Assembly: GCA_002747515.1 (NCBI GenBank)
Contig: PDPP01000017.1
Span: forward strand, 4,392-68,391
Direction: 5' to 3'
DNA from: Candidatus Moraniibacteriota bacterium
GTDB taxonomy: Bacteria; Patescibacteriota; Minisyncoccia; Moranbacterales; GCA-2747515
Length of the DNA stretch: 64,000 nucleotides
A program made the translations under genes and the position numbers. The notes below the pieces were generated by a model. That model saw only the letters and a program-made list of their open reading frames with translations. It had not been told where the DNA came from and searched no databases. Shown one piece after another: positions 38,608-48,484 of this stretch (its first letter is position 1; every line of letters begins with the position of its first letter).

Positions 38608-38805
38608 ATGGAATACAGTGCATACATACAATATATCGGATGGATTTTAATGGCATTTTGGCTGTTTCTTTCTTCTGCTGATGAGGCTTATTGTGAGTGG
38701 AAAGGAATTGTTTTGAGTAAAAAGAGAAAAATGTTTTGGAAAGGAATGTTTTTGCTTTCAGTCATAATAATTTTGGGTGGACATTTTTTGATAACGGAGG
38801 TGTAG
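38608..38805 (+). CDS. Small membrane protein (2 TM)
   Basis: RBS ggagacttaaaATG. The product is 65 aa and hydrophobic. Confidence 0.35.
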   Translation: MEYSAYIQYIGWILMAFWLFLSSADEAYCEWKGIVLSKKRKMFWKGMFLLSVIIILGGHFLITEV

Positions 38806-38806
38806 A

Positions 38807-39076
38807 ATGAATTTTTCGAAAATCAGTTTTATGGTGCCTTACATAATCTTGTTGTGTGGTTATTGCGGTGTACTCGTTTCAAATTTCAGTGCATTTACTA
38901 AGAGTTGTTTCTCTGTTTATGTTGTAGCACTGCTCTTGTATGAGTGGTTTGACCCAGAAAAAACCTACAAAAAAATTTCACCAGAAATGGAATCTTGGTT
39001 ACGGATAATTCTTTGTTATGGAGTTATTATTCTAACAGTTGTCACTTTTGGGTCAGTAATTTATGATTCTCTATAA
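38807..39076 (+). CDS. Small membrane protein, paralog of the N-terminal half of 37566..37946
   Basis: Starts at cggaggtgtagaATG. It shares ...NF(G/S)...TK..F.V.V.ALL.YE(F/W).(N/D)P with 37566..37946. Confidence 0.4.
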   Translation: MNFSKISFMVPYIILLCGYCGVLVSNFSAFTKSCFSVYVVALLLYEWFDPEKTYKKISPEMESWLRIILCYGVIILTVVTFGSVIYDSL

Positions 39077-39088
39077 TGTAGGAGGTGT

Positions 39089-39280
39089 GTGATGCGTGTA
39101 AGTGATGTATTACTCGGGTTAGCTTGCATCCTTTGTGTTATTTTTGCAGCACCGATTTGGCTACAGCAGAAAGTTGTAGCATGTCAGCAATTAGTGAACA
39201 ATCGATGGTGGGGGTGTTTGTATCTCTCAGTGATTGGATTGATTGTTGTGAGTGGTATGTTGAAGTGTTATGGATTATGA
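39089..39280 (+). CDS. Small membrane protein, paralog of the C-terminal half of 37566..37946
   Basis: Starts at taggaggtgtgtgATG. MRVSDVLLGLACILCVIFAAPIWLQQKVVACQ parallels the tail of 37566..37946. The reading frame continues past the point where the paralog has a stop. Confidence 0.4.
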   Translation: MMRVSDVLLGLACILCVIFAAPIWLQQKVVACQQLVNNRWWGCLYLSVIGLIVVSGMLKCYGL

Positions 39281-39725
39281 ATGGATGTGTGTGATGAGTT
39301 AGGATTTGGCTTTTGGACTTTGGTATCTAGGCGATGTTTTTTTCTCAGAACAAAATTTTCTGAGTAAAGTTTCAATAGCATTCTCTATTGAGACACCTTT
39401 GCTAATCCATGTTGTTTTTTTCGTGGAAATGGAAAGAATCTTTTCCATTTGCAAAAACTGTTGTACCGATTTTATTTGGCATGTTTGACATGGGGCGATA
39501 TGTGTCGCTAGTATTGTGCAGTTTGTAGGAGGCTATGTTTATGACTGGTGTAGAAATTTTTATTGCGTGGGGTATTTTTTTTGTATTGATTGGAGTAGCA
39601 GAATTGTGTTGCGGATATCTTTTTTAGAGAAAAAGTAAGGTCTTGTGCATGTAACCCAGTGTTCATAAAAGAATACTGGGTTTTTCTTTTGTTGTGTAAT
39701 TATGGTATGATATGGAGCATTAATA

Positions 39726-40469
39726 GTGTATTGTGTCATTTTTGTGAAACAAAATTATCATGCGATTACGCTTGACAAGCGAGACATAGGTGAAACAGAC
39801 CGTCTGTATACATTTTATACGTTAGAGACTGGTTTGATGCGTGTTTTAGCACGATCAATTCGTAAGATGAATGCAAAACTTCCTATGCAGGTAGAGGATT
39901 TTGTATTGTCTCATATTACTGTAGCAAAAAACTATGGTCGTGGGACACTTGCCGGAGCGGTTGCTGAGGAATATTTTGAGGAATTGCGTATAAATTATGA
40001 TGCATTGATGTGTGTGGATATTGTGCGTAATGTGCTTTTGACAATAATTGAAGAGAATGATAGTGATGAAGATATTTTTGCACTTTTAGTAGAATATTTG
40101 CAAAAAATTAACGCACTTGCAACACAGAAAAAAGAAAAGAATATTTCACAAATGCAGTGGATTACAAATGCATTCCTTATGAATTTTTTTGCATTACAAG
40201 GGTATACGTTTGATGTGTCAAAGTGCTGTGTGTGTAAAAATTCGCTTGAAAAAAAACGTAATGGGTTTAGTGCAAATAGGGGTGGTGTGATTTGTGAAAA
40301 ATGTTTTTCTGGTAATTGGTATTGTTATGTAGATCCAGATACTGTCAAAGCATTGCGTGTAATTCAGACAAATAGATTTTCAACACTGACAAAGGTAATG
40401 ATTCATTCGATTGTGCATAAACAAATGAAAATGGTTGTAGGAGACATTGAGAGATGGGTAATGCGATAG
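39726..40469 (+). CDS. recO: DNA repair protein RecO
   Basis: N-terminal OB-fold region (AITLDKRDIGETDRLYTFYT), C-terminal zinc finger (CCVCKNS...VICEKC). GTG start. Confidence 0.6.
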   Translation: MYCVIFVKQNYHAITLDKRDIGETDRLYTFYTLETGLMRVLARSIRKMNAKLPMQVEDFVLSHITVAKNYGRGTLAGAVAEEYFEELRINYDALMCVDIVRNVLLTIIEENDSDEDIFALLVEYLQKINALATQKKEKNISQMQWITNAFLMNFFALQGYTFDVSKCCVCKNSLEKKRNGFSANRGGVICEKCFSGNWYCYVDPDTVKALRVIQTNRFSTLTKVMIHSIVHKQMKMVVGDIERWVMR

Positions 40470-40519
40470 TTCGTGGTATAATACTATTAACTTTTCAATT
40501 ACGATTAAATATAAATACT

Positions 40520-42388
40520 ATGTCTCTTGATAAATTAAAAAAAGATATTCAAGGTCAAGATTCAGAAGTCCTTGATCGAGAGCATGATAAAACGGTATAC
40601 AACGAATGGGAATCAAAAGAAGTGCAAAAAAAAGAGTCAGCATGGAAACGGTTTATGGGTGGAATGCAAGAAACACGATCACGAGCAATTGTTGTTGGTG
40701 GGATTGTTATTGGCGTGATTGTTTTTTTGCTTATTGCATCAGCATCTTTTATGTATTATCAGGGTGGTTTTTTTGCAAATGATCGTGTGACTTTTTCAAT
40801 GGAAGCGCCGCAGACAGCAAAAAGTAATGATATTACAGAGATTTTGTTTTATTATGAAAATGATAATCGTGCAAAACTCATGCAATCAGAGATTGTTGTG
40901 CGATTTGGGGAATATTTTGTGCCAGAGGAAAATCAAGAAAACTTCACACGCGTTAGTGCAAGTCAAGGTGTAATTACCATTGATCAAATTGAAGGAGGTA
41001 AAAAAGGTAGTGTTTCACTTGCGGGACATTTTGTGGGACCGAAAGAATCCTCGGCAGATATCTCTAGTACATTGCGTTATGTGCCAGAGGCCTCATCGAC
41101 ACGATATATTATAGATGCACGATCTTCTACAGTTATAACATCTTCAGCGATTACTGTGGATATTGAATCTCCCCAGGAGGTTGTTAGCGGAAATTTATTG
41201 GATGTAGTTGTGAAGGTACAAAATACGAGTGCTGATCGATTAGATGATATAAAAATGACTATTGATGTGCCAAAAGAATTTTCTGTACACAGCATTGAGC
41301 CGCGTGCGAGTCATGGTTTTATGTGGCTCATTGGAGAAATGGCGCCACATGAAGAAAAAATTTATCATATACGTGGTGGCCTCGATGCAGCAATTGGTAG
41401 TGTGCAAATATTTGACGTGGAGGTTGGTGTAGGTGAAAGTGGTGATGGCTATATGCGTTATGCAAATGCAAAATATACACCACGTATTGTTAGTTCACCA
41501 ATTCTTGTGCATCAAGAGATTGATACAAGAACTCATGGTGGTGGTGTTGCGTATGCAGGGGAATCTGTAAGGTATAGTATTAAATTTACAAATGATAGCG
41601 ATATTGCGCTACGTGATGCAATCGTCACTTTGAATTTAGAAGGTGAAGCAATTGATTTTGAATCATTGACATTAGGTAAACAAGGTGATTATGATCAGGA
41701 AAATCGACGAATTATATGGAAAGCAGCAGATGTGCCGGCATTGCGTATCTTGAAGCCAAAGGATTCTGGAGAAGTGACATTTTCTTTTAATATTAAAGAA
41801 CAGTTGCCTGTCAATACGGAAAATGATCATCATTTTTCAATTACTTCTGTTGCTGCAATTGATAGTGAGGATATTCCATCGCAGTTGCGAGAAAATAAGA
41901 CGGTATTGAGTAATGTGCGCACACTGCCAGTTGGTGCAAAAGTCATTTTCAGTGCAAGTTCAGAATATGACTCAGGACAAGAACAGCCAAAGGTTGGAGA
42001 AAAATCTGTATACAAAATTACGATGAAAATCGATAGTATTAATAATGATATTTCCAATGCAGTTGTTTCTATTCCACTGCCAACACATACGACTTTTGAA
42101 GGTGGAGATTCTAAAGAGATTTCATATAAAGAACGTACAAATGACATTACATGGACTGTTGGTGATATAGCGCATGGCACAGGGGTGACGTCTGATTCAA
42201 AGACAGTGTCATTTAGAGTTGGTATCGTTCCGAGTGTTGATCAAATTGATAAATCACCAGTTCTTTTAAAGAAACAATTTCTTTCAGCAGTGGATTTATT
42301 TACAGAACTTGAAATTAATGGGGAGGCTCATGAAATATATTTAAACAGTGATGGGCGTTTTGGTGAAGTCGGTCTAGTGCAACCATAA
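40520..42388 (+). CDS. Membrane-anchored large extracytoplasmic hypothetical protein
   Basis: ATG 40520 (MSLDKLKK) is preferred over the ORF-track start 40454, which overlaps recO. There is a single TM helix near residue 55, followed by a ~550-aa beta-rich Ser/Thr/Val-rich domain. No identifiable motif. Confidence 0.4.
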   Translation: MSLDKLKKDIQGQDSEVLDREHDKTVYNEWESKEVQKKESAWKRFMGGMQETRSRAIVVGGIVIGVIVFLLIASASFMYYQGGFFANDRVTFSMEAPQTAKSNDITEILFYYENDNRAKLMQSEIVVRFGEYFVPEENQENFTRVSASQGVITIDQIEGGKKGSVSLAGHFVGPKESSADISSTLRYVPEASSTRYIIDARSSTVITSSAITVDIESPQEVVSGNLLDVVVKVQNTSADRLDDIKMTIDVPKEFSVHSIEPRASHGFMWLIGEMAPHEEKIYHIRGGLDAAIGSVQIFDVEVGVGESGDGYMRYANAKYTPRIVSSPILVHQEIDTRTHGGGVAYAGESVRYSIKFTNDSDIALRDAIVTLNLEGEAIDFESLTLGKQGDYDQENRRIIWKAADVPALRILKPKDSGEVTFSFNIKEQLPVNTENDHHFSITSVAAIDSEDIPSQLRENKTVLSNVRTLPVGAKVIFSASSEYDSGQEQPKVGEKSVYKITMKIDSINNDISNAVVSIPLPTHTTFEGGDSKEISYKERTNDITWTVGDIAHGTGVTSDSKTVSFRVGIVPSVDQIDKSPVLLKKQFLSAVDLFTELEINGEAHEIYLNSDGRFGEVGLVQP

Positions 42389-42404
42389 AAAAGAATTTTG
42401 ATGT

Positions 42405-44621
42405 ATGCGTATATTTTTTGCAATAATGTTATTATTGCCATTTGTGGCAACAGCTCAAGAGTCTTCCACGATACAATTATTTATGGAGAGGGCAGAGAGT
42501 GGGGATGTGGTTTTTGATATTCCTGGTGGAAGTCAAGAATCTTTTACTATTTTTGTGAAAAACGATACAGACAAGAAAAGCGAAATAAGAATATTAATGA
42601 GTGGTGAGGGGGGCAGTCTTGTAGAAAACACGCGTTTTTTTGATGAAATGACAGATCCAAAGATACAGACAATTCTAGAAGAAAACAAAAATGATATCAT
42701 TACACTTTGTAGTAAAAATGACCTTCAGGATGAAATAAAAAAATGGTGTTTAGGAATAAAACAACTTTCTTTTGTAGCTGATCCTGGACAAGAAAAACAG
42801 ATTTTGGTGCGCATTGCGATTGATTCTGCACAAACTGCACAAGAGGCAAATCTTGTTGTTGAGCAGAAAAATGCTCTTGGAGAATATGAGCGCGTGCAGG
42901 AGCAAAAAATACAGTATCATCCACCAGAGAAAGATGTTGCTTTGCTTCAGGTGTCTAATTTTACACTTGATCAAAAATTCGGTCCATTAGATGTGCAATC
43001 GTGGTTTTCGGCAGGAATGAAGGAATTGTATGGTGCGCATTATCTTGTAGAAAATAGAGGAATAAGGGATGTGAAATATACATCTGTTGCAAAAGTATAC
43101 TCACATTTCATTGGAGATGAAGTGTATTATGAGGAAACAGAAGTGATTTCACGAGGAGAAAAAAAAGAAACTACGCTCGAATTACGTATGCCACGATTTG
43201 GAAAAGTGCAGATTACTGGTAGTGTTACATATACTGATCAAAATGATGTTTTACAAGAGATACAAAGTGAACCAATCGAAATTTTTGTGTGGCCAGCAAC
43301 TTTGTTTTTATTGATAATGCTCGGCGGTTGTTTTTGTCTCATAAGTGTTTTATTATATAAGTATCTAAAAAAAAATATGTTTGGATTCAAAAAGAAAAAC
43401 GAAAAAAAAGATGAAAGCGGTTTCGGTGGAACATACACTGTGCAAGATGCTGATAATATTATTTCTATTGCGCAACATTACAATATTTCATGGAAAGAAT
43501 TAGCTAAACAAAATGGTATCGAACCACCCTATATTTTGATTTCTGGTGAAACGATTAAAGTACCGGGAGAAGCTGACGAGTCTATATCTCAATCTCAGAA
43601 AAAACAAGCAAAAGAGAAAAAAAATGTGGCAGATCAGTGGGGGGGAAAGTTTAAAGAAAAACAAGAAAACATTGTGCAATCGACTACAGAAGATTCGCAC
43701 GATAATCAGATGCTTATTGAAAACAAAGAACAGGAGTTATCAGCGCCTAAGCAAAATGCGATTGCAGAGGATATGACAGTGGCATCTCAAAAATCTGTAA
43801 ATACTTCACATGAGAAAAAAGAAGTGGAAAAAGAACAAAAGAAAAAGCGAAAAGTAACATTTGCTTCACCGAAGAATATGCTCACAAAACCGTCATCTGA
43901 GCCAACAACGCGTGCGATTGATATTGAATGGATGCGTGATGATGAGATTGCATATATGGAAGAAATGGAGGTGCAGGAAAAAAAGACAAACAGAAAATTT
44001 ATTGCTGTGATTGTGATAAGTGTTTTGATTGTTGGTATAGTGATTTGGTATGGTGTCGTATGGTTTATGGAGAAAAACAAAGGCGAAGAAAGTGTTTCAG
44101 TTGACACATTGATTACAGAGCAATCTGCGGAGAAAGAAAAAAAGAAAGAGGAAATGAATGCTTCACAAGTTGAAGCACCAAAAGTTGAGTCTGATGTATC
44201 TGATGATCATGAAAAGAAAGAGGAGAATAATTTAGAGAATTTGCAAGATAATAATCCTGATAAAGAAGAGGTTACTGCTAAAGAATCTGATATAAAAGAA
44301 ACTGAAGAAGGACAGGATAAAGAAAGTGTTAGTGAAAATAACAAAGAAGTGTCTGTGCAAGTCCTTAATGCTGGCGCACCAACTGGCGCAGCAGGTGCAG
44401 TTTCTAGTGAAATCAAAAAAGCTGGATTTACAACTAAAGCAGCGCAAAATGCACAAAATGATTATGAAAATGTTGTGATTTATTATAAAAAGAATTTAGA
44501 AGATGTTGCGAAAAAGATTGGTGTTGAAATTGATGAGAAATATGGTGTACAAAAAGTAGAAGAGTCAGATGATGTAGCAAAAAAATATGGTGTGGATATT
44601 GTTGTTGTGTTAGGTACGTAA
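42405..44621 (+). CDS. Secreted/membrane protein with a LysM domain, a Lys/Glu-rich linker and a C-terminal LytR_C-like domain
   Basis: Signal peptide MRIFFAIMLLLPFVATAQ. LysM (YTVQDADNIISIAQHYNISWKELAKQNGIE...GETIKVP). Internal TM helices. C-terminal VSVQVLNAGAPTGAAGAVSSEIKKAGF...VVIYY...VAKKIG resembles LytR_C. Confidence 0.5.
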   Translation: MRIFFAIMLLLPFVATAQESSTIQLFMERAESGDVVFDIPGGSQESFTIFVKNDTDKKSEIRILMSGEGGSLVENTRFFDEMTDPKIQTILEENKNDIITLCSKNDLQDEIKKWCLGIKQLSFVADPGQEKQILVRIAIDSAQTAQEANLVVEQKNALGEYERVQEQKIQYHPPEKDVALLQVSNFTLDQKFGPLDVQSWFSAGMKELYGAHYLVENRGIRDVKYTSVAKVYSHFIGDEVYYEETEVISRGEKKETTLELRMPRFGKVQITGSVTYTDQNDVLQEIQSEPIEIFVWPATLFLLIMLGGCFCLISVLLYKYLKKNMFGFKKKNEKKDESGFGGTYTVQDADNIISIAQHYNISWKELAKQNGIEPPYILISGETIKVPGEADESISQSQKKQAKEKKNVADQWGGKFKEKQENIVQSTTEDSHDNQMLIENKEQELSAPKQNAIAEDMTVASQKSVNTSHEKKEVEKEQKKKRKVTFASPKNMLTKPSSEPTTRAIDIEWMRDDEIAYMEEMEVQEKKTNRKFIAVIVISVLIVGIVIWYGVVWFMEKNKGEESVSVDTLITEQSAEKEKKKEEMNASQVEAPKVESDVSDDHEKKEENNLENLQDNNPDKEEVTAKESDIKETEEGQDKESVSENNKEVSVQVLNAGAPTGAAGAVSSEIKKAGFTTKAAQNAQNDYENVVIYYKKNLEDVAKKIGVEIDEKYGVQKVEESDDVAKKYGVDIVVVLGT

Positions 44622-44657
44622 GTTTACTCTAAAGATCAGTCAAAAATAAAAATACAC

Positions 44658-47357
44658 ATGAAAAAGTTTGCACAAAGACCGCATTATATGCTGTCATCAA
44701 GCGCGACACTTTTACATTTACAAACATCAGAAAAGGGATTGAGTGATTTTGATGCAAATGGACGTCTGAATGTATTTGGAAAAAATGCGCTACCAAAACA
44801 AAAAAAGCTTTCACGTATAAAATTATTTTTTCGTCAGTTCAATAATCCATTGATTTATATTGTGGTTGTTGCTGCGGGTATTTCGGTGATGCTCAATCAT
44901 ATGATTGACGCATCTTTTATTATGTTTGTTGTTGTGCTTAATGCTATTGTGGGATATTTACAGGAAAACAAAGCAGAGAAATCGCTTGAAAAATTATATG
45001 ATAGTATTCAGCAATATGTGCGTGTTATACGACAAGGCGGAAAGAAAGAGATTTTGGCAGAACAGCTTGTTGTCGGAGATGTGGTAAATCTTATGGCAGG
45101 AGATAAAATTGCTGCAGATGGGCGACTGTTGAGTGTGGAAGAATTACATGTTAATGAGGCAATTTTAACAGGAGAGTGGCGACCAGTAAAAAAGGAGACA
45201 GAAATTATCGAAGAGGAGGTAATTGTATCAGATCAAAAGAACATGGTATTTGCAGGTACTACTGTAACACAGGGTTATGGATATTATGTTGTGACAGCTA
45301 CAGGAGTTGATACAGAGATTGGTAAAATTTCACATTTTGTGAAAAACACAAATGAGAGTCAAACACCATTACAAAAGAAATTTGCAGAACTGTCTAAATT
45401 AATTGGTGTGGTCGTTTTTGCTGCAATAATCCTTTTTGCAATTCTCGGTTTGTGGCGTGGTCAATCCGTAGAAGATGTATTCATTGCATCAACAGCATTG
45501 ACTGTAAGTGCGATTCCGGAAGGTTTATTGCCAGCTATTACGATTGTTTTGATATTTGGCATGCGACGATTGGCAAAGCATCGTGCACTCGTGCGCAAAC
45601 TCAATGCATCTGAGACTATGGGTGCGATTACAACAATTTGTGCAGATAAAACTGGTACACTTACAATGGGAGAGATGCGTGTTAGTCACGTACTAACAGG
45701 TCCAAATGAATTGTATGATTTTGGAAAAAGTAATGGTGCTATACATACAAAAAATGGTGAGGTGCAAGGATATATCAAAGCACTACAAATCGCCTCAATT
45801 GTAAATGATGCATATACAGAACAGACACAAGAAACTGATGCGGAAATGATTTATCACGGACGACCGACAGATTGTGCGTTGCTTATGGCAGCAAATCAGG
45901 TAGGTATTAGTGTAGAGAGCTATCGTGCAAAGTATACACAAATTGATCAGGAACTTTTTCAATCAGAAAAAAAATATGCAGTTCGTGTACATGAGATTGA
46001 AAATGACAAAGTGCGCATTATGATGTTGGGCGCTCCAGAAATCATATCTGACCGAACTGATTTTTTGGATGTGAATAACGTACGTATGCCACGAAAGTCT
46101 GGAGAGGGCAAACAAATTAATAAATCTCTTGAAGAATTAACAAAGCAGGGGTTGCGTGTGCTTGCGTGTAGTGAGCGTATTTTGACACGAGAAACATATA
46201 ATCGTCTTTCAAAAAAAGATCGATATAAGAACATGACACTTGTTGGGTACATTGCGCTCAAAGACCCACTTCGTCATGAAGTAGAAGCATCACTTTCCAA
46301 AGCAGAAAGAGCAGGGATTCGATTGGTTGTGATTACAGGAGATCATGCAACAACGGCAAAATCTGTAATGCTTGAGCTTGGACACAATATTCCTGAGAGT
46401 AAAATCTGTATTGGTGCTGATATCACTGATATGAGTGATGATGAGTTGCAAAAGCAGGTAAAGACTATGAAAATTTTTGCACGCGTACTTCCAGAGCATA
46501 AGATTCGTATTGTACGTGCACTACAAAAAAATGATGAAGTTGTTGCAATGGTTGGCGATGGGATTAATGATGCACCAGCGATTAAGGCGTCTGACGTTGG
46601 TATTAGTGTGGGCAATGGAACTGATGTAGCAAAAGAAGTATCTGATATTATTTTACTTGATAGTAGTTTCAGCACGATTGTAAAAGCAATTGAGCAGGGA
46701 CGTGTGATTTATGAGAATATTCGACGAATATTGATTTATCTTATTGCAGATGATTTTTCTGAACTTTTTGTGTTTTTTGTGGCAATGCTTTTTGGTTGGC
46801 CACTGCCACTATTACCAATTCAGATTTTGTGGATTAATGTGATTGAAGATAGTTTTCCAAATATCGCACTTACAACAGAGTATGATAGTAAAAAACTCAT
46901 GGATGAGCCACCACGCAATCCAAAAGAATCAATTCTTTCAAAGAAATATAAAGAATTTATGATCATTGTGTTTTTTGTGTCAGGTATTTCTGCAGCATTT
47001 ATGTTCTGGCTCGTTAATAGTTTTTGTGAAAATGTAGAGCTTGCACGTACAGCAACATTTGCACTTATTGCATTTGATTCTTTAGTATTTGTATATGTAA
47101 TTCGCAATTTTCGACGATTTATATTTCGTAAAGATATTTTTAGTAATACATCGCTCAATATCGCTGTTATAGTATCATTTCTTTTGTTGCTTGTGGGTAT
47201 TTATATGCCATTTTTATCAAATTTTCTCGGAACAGTACCGATTGGTGGTGCGATTTGGACGATTATTATAGCAATTACATTTGCTGAGACACTTATTTTT
47301 GAGGTAATGAAAAGTGTATTATTTATCAATCGGAAAAAGTCAGTGACAAAAGTATAG
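44658..47357 (+). CDS. Cation-transporting P-type ATPase (type II, Ca2+/Mg2+-like)
   Basis: Phosphorylation motif ICADKTGTLT, hinge motif GDGINDAPAIK, TGES-like TGEWRP, and 10 TM helices. Confidence 0.85.
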   Translation: MKKFAQRPHYMLSSSATLLHLQTSEKGLSDFDANGRLNVFGKNALPKQKKLSRIKLFFRQFNNPLIYIVVVAAGISVMLNHMIDASFIMFVVVLNAIVGYLQENKAEKSLEKLYDSIQQYVRVIRQGGKKEILAEQLVVGDVVNLMAGDKIAADGRLLSVEELHVNEAILTGEWRPVKKETEIIEEEVIVSDQKNMVFAGTTVTQGYGYYVVTATGVDTEIGKISHFVKNTNESQTPLQKKFAELSKLIGVVVFAAIILFAILGLWRGQSVEDVFIASTALTVSAIPEGLLPAITIVLIFGMRRLAKHRALVRKLNASETMGAITTICADKTGTLTMGEMRVSHVLTGPNELYDFGKSNGAIHTKNGEVQGYIKALQIASIVNDAYTEQTQETDAEMIYHGRPTDCALLMAANQVGISVESYRAKYTQIDQELFQSEKKYAVRVHEIENDKVRIMMLGAPEIISDRTDFLDVNNVRMPRKSGEGKQINKSLEELTKQGLRVLACSERILTRETYNRLSKKDRYKNMTLVGYIALKDPLRHEVEASLSKAERAGIRLVVITGDHATTAKSVMLELGHNIPESKICIGADITDMSDDELQKQVKTMKIFARVLPEHKIRIVRALQKNDEVVAMVGDGINDAPAIKASDVGISVGNGTDVAKEVSDIILLDSSFSTIVKAIEQGRVIYENIRRILIYLIADDFSELFVFFVAMLFGWPLPLLPIQILWINVIEDSFPNIALTTEYDSKKLMDEPPRNPKESILSKKYKEFMIIVFFVSGISAAFMFWLVNSFCENVELARTATFALIAFDSLVFVYVIRNFRRFIFRKDIFSNTSLNIAVIVSFLLLLVGIYMPFLSNFLGTVPIGGAIWTIIIAITFAETLIFEVMKSVLFINRKKSVTKV

Positions 47358-47412
47358 GTTTACTTTATATGATGTTATTGGTACAGTGAGGATAATAAAT
47401 ATTGTATTATAA

Positions 47413-48480
47413 ATGCGTATGATAATAAAAAATTTGAACGTATATTTTTTTATCTTTTTACTAATTGTAGGAACGGTAGCAGGCTTTTTGCTTGTGAAGC
47501 CATATCTTAGTGCGATATTTATGGCTGCACTTTTTGCTGCGTTTTTTAATCGTCCATATGAATATTTGCAACGAAAATTGCATAGCCCAGCAATTGCATC
47601 ATCACTTATGCTTGTCGTGATTGCTGTAGGGATTATTGTGCCAGTTCTTTTGGTGTTTGGACTTGTGTATAATGAAGTGTCTGATGTTGTTGTCACAATT
47701 ACAGAAAAGGATTCTGTGGCACAAAGTTTTGTGAAAGACACGATTGAAACAGTAGAAAATACATCTGTATTTAGCACAGTATTTGAAAGTTTCGAGGGAC
47801 ATACTAGTGGGACGGAGATTTCTGATTCGATTAAAAATGTAGCAAATTATTTTATCACGCTAGTACAAGCACTTTACAAAGGTATTATGAATAGTGCAGT
47901 AGCAATTTTTGTTATGTTTTTTACGTTATTTTATTTTTTCATTGATGGGAAAAAGTTGGTGAAAAAGATTATGCAGATTAGTCCACTTAGAGATGTTCAT
48001 GAAAAGAAATTAATTGATGAATTTATCTCTATGACACGTGCCACACTCAAAGGCACAGTTGTTATCGGTTTTATACAGGGGACAATTGGCGGTATCGCAT
48101 TTGCTGTTGCAGGGATTACGTCGCCTGTTCTTTGGACTGTAATTATGGTTGTCGTAGCAATTATTCCGGCAATTGGTGCTGGTCTTGTTATCTTTCCAGC
48201 AGCAATTATCATGCTTCTTTTGGGTAATGTGTGGCAAGGAATATTTCTCGCAGTTATTGGGGTATTTGTTTCGACGATTGATAATGTATTACGACCAAAA
48301 CTTGTCGGAAATGATACACAAATGCATTCACTTGCGGTTTTCTTTGCGACGATTGGCGGATTACAACTTTTTGGCATTCTCGGATTTATTATTGGTCCGA
48401 TTATCATGGCGCTTATGATTGCTATGTGGAAAATTTACGCAATTGAATTCAAACAAGATCTCGAAAAATTTAATGCATAA
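47413..48480 (+). CDS. AI-2E family transporter (PerM/UPF0118-like) membrane protein
   Basis: 355 aa with about 8 TM helices and a topology typical of the family. The motif match is only approximate. Confidence 0.45.
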   Translation: MRMIIKNLNVYFFIFLLIVGTVAGFLLVKPYLSAIFMAALFAAFFNRPYEYLQRKLHSPAIASSLMLVVIAVGIIVPVLLVFGLVYNEVSDVVVTITEKDSVAQSFVKDTIETVENTSVFSTVFESFEGHTSGTEISDSIKNVANYFITLVQALYKGIMNSAVAIFVMFFTLFYFFIDGKKLVKKIMQISPLRDVHEKKLIDEFISMTRATLKGTVVIGFIQGTIGGIAFAVAGITSPVLWTVIMVVVAIIPAIGAGLVIFPAAIIMLLLGNVWQGIFLAVIGVFVSTIDNVLRPKLVGNDTQMHSLAVFFATIGGLQLFGILGFIIGPIIMALMIAMWKIYAIEFKQDLEKFNA

Positions 48481-48484
48481 ATGA

